A stretch of DNA of 64,000 bases from an uncultured Poribacteria bacterium (GTDB lineage Bacteria > Poribacteria > WGA-4E > WGA-3G): NCBI GenBank assembly GCA_951813565.1, contig OX638351.1, positions 1,184,001 to 1,248,000 on the forward strand. Direction: 5' to 3'. Shown in pieces: positions 52,852 to 61,707 of this stretch. The notes below the pieces were generated by a model, which was not told where the DNA came from, did not search any database, and saw nothing but the letters and a program-made list of their open reading frames with translations. How positions within the stretch are numbered: position 1 is the first letter of the stretch; each line of letters opens with the position of its first letter. Made by a program: the position numbers and the translations under genes.

Positions 52852-55800
52852 TTATTGATCGGCATTACGTTTTTCAACGAGGTAATACAACGCCGGTAAA
52901 ACAAGGAGCGTTAAAAAGGTTGCGGTGATCATGCCACCACTGATAACAATTGCAAGTGGTTTCTGAAGTTCCGCACCTGAGCCGTGTGCAAGCGCCAGGG
53001 GTAGCATCCCTAACCCTGTTGTCAAAGCTGTCATTAGGACAGGGCTAATCCGTTCCGATGCACCCTTCATCACAGCATCGTATAGCGGCATGCCTTCCTT
53101 ACGCAGCGCATTAATGTGAGAGACCAAAATGATACCGTTACGCACGGCAATACCGAACAACAGAATGAAACCTACCATAGACGGAATACTCAACACGCCG
53201 CCAGTGAGGAAAACACTGACAACGCCGCCGATTAACGCCAGTGGTAGATTCAGTATGACTAATATTGAAAGCCGCATTGACCCCATCGCAAGATAAAGCA
53301 AAATAAAGATACCAATAAAAACAAAACCAGTTTGAATTAGAATACGTCTTTGTGCGCGCTGTTGACTTTCAAACTGCCCTCCATAAGTGAGGAAATATTC
53401 TTCAGGTACATCAACATGCGCCTCAATTTCTTTTTGAACTTCAGCAATAAAATTGCCGAGGTCTCTGTTCTGGACGTTGCATTGAATCACGATACGTCGA
53501 GAGACGTTCTCGCGATTGATAGTATTCGGTCCAAAGCCGAAACTCACGTCAGCAACTTGTTTCAACGGAATAAATGCGCCTGCAGGTGTTCGGAGTTTTA
53601 GATTACCGAATGACTCAACGGTTTTGACAAGGGTTGGATCAATTCGGATCACGAGATCGTACTGCCGCTGTCCTTGTATAATTTGGCTGACTGTTTCACC
53701 CTTGAAAGCTGCTTCTGCAAAGTGCGTTATGTCTTGAACGCTTAAGCCGTACCGTGCTGCTTCAAAACGCTTAACTTTGATTTGGAGTTGTTCAACCTGC
53801 ACCTGTTGCTCAACTTGTAGGTCGGCAACGCCATCAATTCCAGACATGACTGCTTCAATTTCTTCCGCTTTCTGCCTTAGTATGTCAAGATCGGGTCCGA
53901 AAAGTTTTAATGCCACTTGTGCGCTAACACCCGACAAGAGATGGTCAAGACGGTGTTGAATCGGTTGACCAACGGATACTTGAACGCCCGGAAAGTTTTC
54001 TGTGGAAAGCAGCTCTCGCACTTCGGCAAGGAGGTCCTCCCGTGTTTCCTCACGTTCATCTGGCGGCATGAAATTCAGCACGATTTCATGCGTATTCACA
54101 TCGTGTGCGTGTTCATCCGCTTCGGCACGCCCTGTCCGACTGCTGACGCTTGTCACCTCTGGAATTTCCAACAACCTTGTTTCCATCTCACGACCAATAC
54201 GTGTAGATTCATTTAGTGAGGTTCCAGGTGGTGAAAACACGCTGATTGTGAACGTAGCTTCGTCCATTACAGGCAAAAATTCTCTGCCTAATCGCGGAAT
54301 TGCTGCAAAAGTCAATATCACTAATAAAAGTGCAACTGCTACAACAAGCCAACGCAAACGCATGACCAATGAGAGAATAGGACGGTAAGCCCGTTTGATC
54401 CACATGACAACAGGCTGAAGCGTCAAAGCATCATCAACATCCGAATCGGGTGCTAATGTGACAACAAAAAGCCTCCATCGTATCACAAGGTTGCGGAAAC
54501 CGTTGTATATGCTTTTAATCCCTGTAAACACACCCCGTTTTCTTGAGGGATCAACGCCTGCGGTAGGTTCATGCAACGGTATATCCCTGACACGTCCCAA
54601 AAGTAAGTCACTTAAGACTGGTACCACTGTTAAAGCGACGAGTAGTGATGCCGCCATAGAAATTACAACAGCCCAACCGAGCGGACGGAACATTCTACCC
54701 TCAATACCGCTGAGACTGAACAGCGGTAAAAACACGAGAATGATAATTAAGGTCGCAAAAACGATAGATACCCGCATCTCATCGCTTGCGCGTGTCACAA
54801 CTTGTGTCGGTGTTTCGTCAGTTTCATTTCCTAATTCACGCAGATGAAAATATTCCTGCAATCGCCGAAAGATGTTTTCTACGTATACAATCGCATCGTC
54901 AACCACCATTCCGACTGCAATTGCTAATCCAGCAAGCGTCATGATGTTGAGCGTGCCGCCCTGCCAAAGCAGTACAATAATTGCGATTATTAAAGATAAT
55001 GGAATGGCAGTCAGTGTAATAAGCGCGGTGCGAACATTGAAGAGAAAGATGATTAGGACGATGACGACGAGAATTGCACCATCCCGCAATGCATCTTTGA
55101 CAGTATCCACAGCACGGCGAATGAGGTCTGCTTGTGCGTATTCAACTTCAACCTTTACATTTTCTGGTAGCGACTTCTCTAAAGATTCAAGTTCTGATTT
55201 CACTTTATCACTAAGGATAAGCGTATTGATACCGGGTTGTTTGATGACCTTACCTAAAACGGTTTCTTCGCCATTGCGGCTTCCTGCACCCCGACGAATT
55301 TCAGGAAGAGACCCAATTTTAACTGTCGCGATGTCCTTGACAAGGACAGGCGTATTATGTTCCCGGACATCAATCACAACATTTTCAATGTCGGCAACTG
55401 TAGAAATCCGTCCTAACCCTCTAATCATCAATTCACGTGCGTCCTTGATGAGAAATCCGCCTGAGGCATTATCGTTGCTCTTTTCGAGCGCATGTGCAAC
55501 ATCTTCAAGTGAAATGCCGTAGCTTACCAACCGTTCAGGATTGACGAAAACCTGAAATTGCTTGATATAACCTCCAATGTTTATCACATTTGCAATCCCG
55601 CCTTGTGATTGGAGGCGAAACCTTATTACCCAATCTGCTATGTCGCGCATCTCCATCGGGTCAAGTTTTTCTTTTGATTCCGATTCATCAACAAGCGCGT
55701 ATTCCATTATCTCTCCCAAGAGAGAGGAAGTGGGTAAAATAATTGGCGCATCAACGCCTTCGGGTAAATTCGGTGCAACAAGTTGCAGACGTTCAGAAAC

Positions 55801-56127
55801 CATCTGTCGCGCCAGAAAAATATCCATCCCCCATTCAAATTCAACGAAAACAAGCGACAAACCGATTGCTGACGATGAGCGAACCAATGTAACATCAGGC
55901 GCACCGTTCATTGAACTTTCAATCGGCAGTGTCACAAGAGTCTCCATCTCCTCGGGGGACCAGCCGTGCGCTTCAGTTAGGACAGTGATGCGAGGTGGAT
56001 TGATATCGGGGTAAACGTCAATCGGTGCCGTTTGGAACATCCTGAAGCCGATAATGATTGCTGCGATAAGTCCACAAATAACAAGGAGTCTGTTTCGCAG
56101 TGAAGCTTCGGTGATTTTTGACCACAT
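52852..56127 (-). CDS. Heavy-metal RND efflux permease (CzcA/CusA family)
   Basis: PIDVYPD, AVGMVVDDAIV, FRPLG, FGIAVRNG and SPVLMTA motifs. Confidence 0.93.
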   Translation of the reverse strand: MWSKITEASLRNRLLVICGLIAAIIIGFRMFQTAPIDVYPDINPPRITVLTEAHGWSPEEMETLVTLPIESSMNGAPDVTLVRSSSAIGLSLVFVEFEWGMDIFLARQMVSERLQLVAPNLPEGVDAPIILPTSSLLGEIMEYALVDESESKEKLDPMEMRDIADWVIRFRLQSQGGIANVINIGGYIKQFQVFVNPERLVSYGISLEDVAHALEKSNDNASGGFLIKDARELMIRGLGRISTVADIENVVIDVREHNTPVLVKDIATVKIGSLPEIRRGAGSRNGEETVLGKVIKQPGINTLILSDKVKSELESLEKSLPENVKVEVEYAQADLIRRAVDTVKDALRDGAILVVIVLIIFLFNVRTALITLTAIPLSLIIAIIVLLWQGGTLNIMTLAGLAIAVGMVVDDAIVYVENIFRRLQEYFHLRELGNETDETPTQVVTRASDEMRVSIVFATLIIILVFLPLFSLSGIEGRMFRPLGWAVVISMAASLLVALTVVPVLSDLLLGRVRDIPLHEPTAGVDPSRKRGVFTGIKSIYNGFRNLVIRWRLFVVTLAPDSDVDDALTLQPVVMWIKRAYRPILSLVMRLRWLVVAVALLLVILTFAAIPRLGREFLPVMDEATFTISVFSPPGTSLNESTRIGREMETRLLEIPEVTSVSSRTGRAEADEHAHDVNTHEIVLNFMPPDEREETREDLLAEVRELLSTENFPGVQVSVGQPIQHRLDHLLSGVSAQVALKLFGPDLDILRQKAEEIEAVMSGIDGVADLQVEQQVQVEQLQIKVKRFEAARYGLSVQDITHFAEAAFKGETVSQIIQGQRQYDLVIRIDPTLVKTVESFGNLKLRTPAGAFIPLKQVADVSFGFGPNTINRENVSRRIVIQCNVQNRDLGNFIAEVQKEIEAHVDVPEEYFLTYGGQFESQQRAQRRILIQTGFVFIGIFILLYLAMGSMRLSILVILNLPLALIGGVVSVFLTGGVLSIPSMVGFILLFGIAVRNGIILVSHINALRKEGMPLYDAVMKGASERISPVLMTALTTGLGMLPLALAHGSGAELQKPLAIVISGGMITATFLTLLVLPALYYLVEKRNADQ

Positions 56128-56151
56128 TGATTTTCCTCCTTGGAACCGTGA

Positions 56152-58086
56152 TTAATGTGAATGTCCAGCATGTGGGTCAACAACTGCTGCGGAACCTGCT
56201 GAAGCGCTCATGAGTTGATGCGTTCCCTGGACAACAACAAATTCACCCGGAAGTAAGCCATCTCTGATTTCAATATACTGGTCATCCTTTACACCTACTT
56301 CAACTTCATGCTTAACGTAAGTGTTTCCCGACTGAACAAAGACAATCTGCGTTGCACTATCTTGTAGGACAGCACTCAACGGCACACTTAAGACGTCATC
56401 CAATTTTTCAATAACAAGCGTTTGTTCCGCAAACATGCCAGGTTTTAATTGATGTTTAGCATTGTCAACCTCAGTCCAAAAGTGGACTGTCCGTTTCTCT
56501 GAATCCACGACTGCCGATATTTGAGAAATCTTTCCCATAAATACTGTTTTAGGATAAGCAGGGACACGAATTCGCACCTCACTGCCTACCTGCCACTTAT
56601 CCTCTAAAAGAGCAAGCGTATCTTCATAAGCCTCACCTTCAACCCAAACAACGCTAGTGTCGAGTATTGCGTATAGGGAATCGCTTTTGTCAACGGTTGC
56701 ACCGAGCGTTACATCTTGCTTAATGATCTGTCCTGTGGCTGGTGCTGTGACATAGAAGCGGGAGTGAGGTTTTCCTATTTCTATAACCTTATCTATCTTG
56801 CCCGAAGTCATACCGAACACTTCAAGTTTCTGGCGGGCCTTTGCTAACACAATAGCAGCACTACGTTGCGCTTCTTCTGCCTGCAGCAATGCCTCTAACG
56901 CTTCTGAACTTGTCATAAAAGGTGAATATTTTTCAATAAGTTCATCGGTGTGTAAATCATTGAAAGATATAACCGAAGTGGTTTTTGTAAGTGTTTCCAG
57001 ATGTGTTTCGGTCAAACCTACAGCTAATGCACGGAGTTTGTTCGCTTCAACCTTAATAACAGCAGATTTATACGCTGTTCCTGCATCTACCAAACCCGTT
57101 GCTTCCTCTATTAGCGTCACGTATTTCAACGCATCAACATTATCAGTCGTTTGCGTTAATTTTGATTGTGCTTTGCTATTAGTCTTCAGAAGCGTGAGTA
57201 TAGGTGTTGTTCCATCATCGTCAAGAATCTTTTGGAGCGTCTTTTTACTGACACCGAGGAGTTGAAATTGTCGTTTTGCACCTGCCAATGCGTTAGTTGC
57301 TTTCGTGTATTCTGCCTTTTGCGCAATAAGTTCCTTCTGTGCAGAGATACGTTTTTCGGTTAGCATTTCAATACGTTCAAGCGTATTCTTAATTAATTTG
57401 CTTTCAACATCAGCTTTGATAAGGTCAACGCGCATCTGCTCTAAAGTGGAAATGGTTTTAGCGATGGCTATAGACCTATGTTTCTCATAAGCGGTTTTCT
57501 GTTCTTGCAGTTCAGCAAGAGATTCCAAATAGTCAATTTGTCGCGTTTGTAATTCCAGTCGTATCTGCTTAGCAAAAACCGATTTCTGTTTTGCTAATTT
57601 GGCATCTAACGATTTCTGTTGATGCACTGCTTCAATCAGATCAATCTCAGCCAATTGCAAATCTACACTCTCCAATTCGAGTAGCACATCACCTTTTTTC
57701 ACCGAGGCACCAAGGTTGGAATGGATACGTTTTACGATACCACCAATCCTTGGCGTAACAATTGCATGCTTTCCAGGGTGGGCAATGACGTTGCCTGTAA
57801 CTTGTACAACCCTTTCAATAGCGCGAATATCTACCTCTGCAGTTTCCAAACCGATGTTGGCTTTTGCTTTATCGGTGAGAGTAACCGTGTTTTCTGCGTC
57901 GTGTGCATGTCCTCCGTCTTCAGCCTGGATGTGCGGATCGTCTTCTTTGTGTTGACCTTTTTCATTTTTTATCTCTTCTTCAGCTGCCCAAGTTAATGTG
58001 AGGTCAGGGTTTGATGAAAACAAACCACTTATCGTAACAACAGAGATTCCCAACAATAATAGCGTAAGATGAAAATAGCGTGGCAT
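56152..58086 (-). CDS. RND periplasmic adaptor (CzcB-like) with long coiled-coil insertion and His-rich ends
   Basis: PRIGGIV, APATG, LKPGMF; C-terminal DPHAGHSH. Confidence 0.85.
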   Translation of the reverse strand: MPRYFHLTLLLLGISVVTISGLFSSNPDLTLTWAAEEEIKNEKGQHKEDDPHIQAEDGGHAHDAENTVTLTDKAKANIGLETAEVDIRAIERVVQVTGNVIAHPGKHAIVTPRIGGIVKRIHSNLGASVKKGDVLLELESVDLQLAEIDLIEAVHQQKSLDAKLAKQKSVFAKQIRLELQTRQIDYLESLAELQEQKTAYEKHRSIAIAKTISTLEQMRVDLIKADVESKLIKNTLERIEMLTEKRISAQKELIAQKAEYTKATNALAGAKRQFQLLGVSKKTLQKILDDDGTTPILTLLKTNSKAQSKLTQTTDNVDALKYVTLIEEATGLVDAGTAYKSAVIKVEANKLRALAVGLTETHLETLTKTTSVISFNDLHTDELIEKYSPFMTSSEALEALLQAEEAQRSAAIVLAKARQKLEVFGMTSGKIDKVIEIGKPHSRFYVTAPATGQIIKQDVTLGATVDKSDSLYAILDTSVVWVEGEAYEDTLALLEDKWQVGSEVRIRVPAYPKTVFMGKISQISAVVDSEKRTVHFWTEVDNAKHQLKPGMFAEQTLVIEKLDDVLSVPLSAVLQDSATQIVFVQSGNTYVKHEVEVGVKDDQYIEIRDGLLPGEFVVVQGTHQLMSASAGSAAVVDPHAGHSH

Positions 58087-58143
58087 TTTTATGTCTCCTT
58101 AAAGGTAGTAGGCACGTTGCGTGCATGGTAACTGACTATCGTA

Positions 58144-59409
58144 CTATTCAATAACCAATCCGATGGAAGTGCCGATAGCGGCTTCAAGTTCTGCGAATGC
58201 TTTGTGATACGCCGCAAGCGCGTCAAGATAAGCAAATCGTGTTTTGACAAATTCGCTCTGTATTAAAATCACTTCTAAAAGCTCTGCCTCCCCCAATTCG
58301 TAGGCAGAACGCGTGAGCGTTAGGTTTTCATTGAGCAACTTCAGCAAATTGTCATCATAAAATTTAAGGTTTTTTTGTGCAGCATTCAGCGAAACAAATG
58401 CTGTTATTACTTCACGGATAATTTGCCTCTCAGAATTGGTAATTTCAATTGTATCAACCTGCTTTTGCGCCTTTGCAGCATTGATCTCAGCACGATTCCA
58501 GTCGAACAGTGGCAAAGGTATTGAAAACTTCACCCCGAATCCTGTTGAACCTAAACTCCGTTCTGCAATGCCGCCGATGCTCAGGTCAGGGATGTTTGCC
58601 GCTTTTGCAAGCCGATGTGTGCTTTCGGTCTGTTTGACGTTTAATCTTAGCGACTTCAGGTCAGCACGATGGACAAGCGCGTGCAACTTCAATGCATCAA
58701 GGTCCAAATCTTTAGACATTTCTTTCGGCAACTCTCCGATTGCGGTCAGAGCTGCGTCAAGCGAAGTTCCCATCAAACCGTTCAATTCAAGCCGCGCCAA
58801 CTGCAAATCACTTTCTAACGTAGCAGACTCACGCAGTGCTGATTGCAACTGGATATTTGCCAAACCGACCTGTGTAACAGAAATATCGCCTGCTTCAAAC
58901 TGAACGCGTGCCATGTCGAGTATCTGTTGATTGTGTTTGATGATCTCTTTTGTTAACTTAAGTTTTTCTTGTACAAGAACAAGTTGATAAAAAGCATGTT
59001 TGACAGATTTGGTAAGTTTCTGAGATTCTTCAGTGAGTATAAGGTTAACTTTTTCAAGATTTATTTTCGCTATCTGTTTTCGATGGCTGCGTTGTCCGCC
59101 GAGTTCAAAAGTTTTAGTTAATTCAAAAATCTGCTCTGCATCAGAACCACCGATAAGTTCTGATTCCAATTCCGGATTACTGAACAGCGCAATACCATCA
59201 AGTTGGACTTGTGCAACCTTAACTTTTTCGCGGATCGCTTTAAGTGCTGGATTTTCACTCAACGCAGTCTCGATTGCAGACTCAAGATTAACTTCTTCAA
59301 TTTGAATAGCGTAAGCAGATTGCAGCAAAATATTGAAGGTTAAGAAACACATTCCTATCATTGCAATGATAATGCTTGGTTTTAATTTCATGAGTATTAA
59401 ACTCCTCAT
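58144..59409 (-). CDS. TolC/CzcC outer membrane efflux protein
   Basis: NPEL, FELGGQR, SIPLPLFDWN and AYELGE motifs. Confidence 0.9.
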   Translation of the reverse strand: MRSLILMKLKPSIIIAMIGMCFLTFNILLQSAYAIQIEEVNLESAIETALSENPALKAIREKVKVAQVQLDGIALFSNPELESELIGGSDAEQIFELTKTFELGGQRSHRKQIAKINLEKVNLILTEESQKLTKSVKHAFYQLVLVQEKLKLTKEIIKHNQQILDMARVQFEAGDISVTQVGLANIQLQSALRESATLESDLQLARLELNGLMGTSLDAALTAIGELPKEMSKDLDLDALKLHALVHRADLKSLRLNVKQTESTHRLAKAANIPDLSIGGIAERSLGSTGFGVKFSIPLPLFDWNRAEINAAKAQKQVDTIEITNSERQIIREVITAFVSLNAAQKNLKFYDDNLLKLLNENLTLTRSAYELGEAELLEVILIQSEFVKTRFAYLDALAAYHKAFAELEAAIGTSIGLVIE

Positions 59410-59755
59410 AAGTTAGACTGTAAAAGATCGTATTTAGCAGTCGACAATCGCTTAATCAATGGAATCAATTGAACTACGTTCGCGAAACCTTGTAACAAAG
59501 GTTACACGACAGCAGTCCAGATGACATTGATTTAGAACAATTCAACGTCACCTGCAATAAGAATAATCTATAGAGGATCAGGACAAGATGAATTTTATAG
59601 TGAAACCCATAATTATTTGGACATTTTGTTCTTATGTGGATTTTAAACACGCCATAAATGTCCGAGGCGCAATGAATTGCGCGACTACAAACGCCGCTAA
59701 TCTTAAGAAAATGTCCAGGTATTTTTAGATTTTACTATAAATAGCGCGGGAAGGA

Positions 59756-60199
59756 TTAAATGAGGAGCGTAACAGTACGAAGTGAAATGAGCGTAGGATT
59801 AATTAATGGTGGGATGACTGAAAATAGAGTAGATGTTGGAATGGAATAATTTGATATTTCCTGTGAAATCGGTAAGGTTGCTGAGACTGTATCTTGTATT
59901 GGCAAATTTTCTTGGACGGAAACAATGTATAACTCACTGTTTAGAGAAGCGAAAATGGGAAAATCAACACATTCGCCACAGTGGTCTTCATTTTTCGCAG
60001 CAGCTTCCTCTGGGTGATCCAAATCGTAAGCAGGCACGTCTGTACAACACCCATTCGCCGCAAATTCAAATTCTATGTGTCCATCTTCGCCAATACAGAG
60101 GACGTAGTTAGACAGCTGCATTGGGATTATTGCAGAATAAATGAATAACCAAATTAGAGGAATAAGGGTGCAATTTTTTTGAGAAAAAAGAGTAACCAT
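59756..60199 (-). CDS. Small Cys/His-rich protein leading the metal-efflux cluster
   Basis: VLCIGEDGH..E, CC, HCGECVD; ends LRTVTLLI. Confidence 0.65.
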   Translation of the reverse strand: MVTLFSQKNCTLIPLIWLFIYSAIIPMQLSNYVLCIGEDGHIEFEFAANGCCTDVPAYDLDHPEEAAAKNEDHCGECVDFPIFASLNSELYIVSVQENLPIQDTVSATLPISQEISNYSIPTSTLFSVIPPLINPTLISLRTVTLLI

Positions 60200-60654
60200 T
60201 TTGTTGTATCCCTCAAATTTATGGGACTCTAATCCAAGTAGCCTTACAGAACATAAACAAATTCAATACTGTTTATGAAGTATACACAATTTTCTACAAG
60301 AATGTCAAGAAGAAAACGTAGAAGTAATAGTTGAGTGTGATACTTAAAACAATCCAATGTTTTGAAAATTAGATGAAGTGTTCAAATTATAGACAATAAT
60401 GTTCATTTTGTAACTATATTTTTCACTGTTGCAGCAATGACTCGCTATGGTTTACGCTGCAGCAGTTGACTACAATTGGCATCGTATTTGCTATTATCTA
60501 TTGTAAGATGATTGATAACCTAATCGCTGTCCTCTCTATTTGCAAACAAAATACCTTGAAAATTACATTGAAAAATGCTAAAATTGAAACGATACTTCAT
60601 ATTACCGTAAAAGTTTTTAGCCAAATTCTATATAAGGAAAAAGAGGATATACAA

Positions 60655-61617
60655 GTGAGAAAAAAAATGATGTGGACAACATTGCTGTTTCTGATGTGTG
60701 TCGCTGCTGGGCATGGTCAGTATAACGGGGAATGTTGGGTTGTTAGTGGTGGCGATACTGTTTACAAATTACATGCAAATGGCGCAGCAGATCCGTCTGC
60801 TATCCAAGGTTTAACAAATGCAAGTGCTGTGCAGGTCAATCCGGTTAATGGGATAGTTTGGATTGCGGTTTCAGCTGGGAATGCGGTTTTCAGATACGAT
60901 TCAGCAACAGGCGCATTTGATCAAACACCTGAGATTAAAGCACCTACAGGTATATCTGTTAACCCTGCTGACGGAACCGTTTGGGTTGCTGGACTCGACG
61001 GCGTCCGAAAGATTTCTGCTGATGGAAAAGATATTCTTGCTCAAGTAATTCCGCCCGATGGGCCCGCGAATTTAGACAGTGGTAGGTTCAGCGTGGCTGT
61101 AAATCCAAAGGATGGCAGCTGCTGGATTACTGATGGAAAAGGCCCTATTGGGCGTTACGATTCAAATGGAAATCTGCTTGCAAGTGCGCCACCGATGGAC
61201 GAACCCAAAGGTGGTTTGTCGGTAGACTATCAAGGAAATGTGTGGATAGCTGACACGCAGCATAATAGGGTTGTTCGCCTTTCACCCAATGGCGAAGTGT
61301 TAGTAGATTTAACCGACATTCCCACTCCTGTTTCACCCAGTGTTAATCCAAAAGACGGAAGTGTATGGCTTGCCGGAAATAATAATATGTTGATCAATCT
61401 ATCATCAACAGGTACAAAACTCAAAGAATTTGAAGTTGGCTTGGCAATTGTTGCGGTAACCTTCTCACCCGCAGACAGCGGTATTTGGATTGCTGACATG
61501 TTGGGTGAGACATTCCAAGGTCAAGTCAGCAAATGGGCAGCAGATGGCGTCAGGAGTTTTGCAAACGCTATTCCGCAGCCCTCTACCGTTTCAATTGGAT
61601 TTTGGGAAGGAAATTGA
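60655..61617 (+). CDS. Secreted beta-propeller (NHL/SGL-like repeats) protein
   Basis: Repeats SVNPxDGSVWxA; GTG start 60655 after GAGG; signal peptide. Confidence 0.75.
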   Translation: MRKKMMWTTLLFLMCVAAGHGQYNGECWVVSGGDTVYKLHANGAADPSAIQGLTNASAVQVNPVNGIVWIAVSAGNAVFRYDSATGAFDQTPEIKAPTGISVNPADGTVWVAGLDGVRKISADGKDILAQVIPPDGPANLDSGRFSVAVNPKDGSCWITDGKGPIGRYDSNGNLLASAPPMDEPKGGLSVDYQGNVWIADTQHNRVVRLSPNGEVLVDLTDIPTPVSPSVNPKDGSVWLAGNNNMLINLSSTGTKLKEFEVGLAIVAVTFSPADSGIWIADMLGETFQGQVSKWAADGVRSFANAIPQPSTVSIGFWEGN

Positions 61618-61707
61618 TTACGCATTGAAGGATGTTTAGAAGTGGTATAAATCGGCTTAAAAAGCCTGTCCACAAGAGTGCTTGTTGATATTATTGGGAG
61701 GTGTGTT

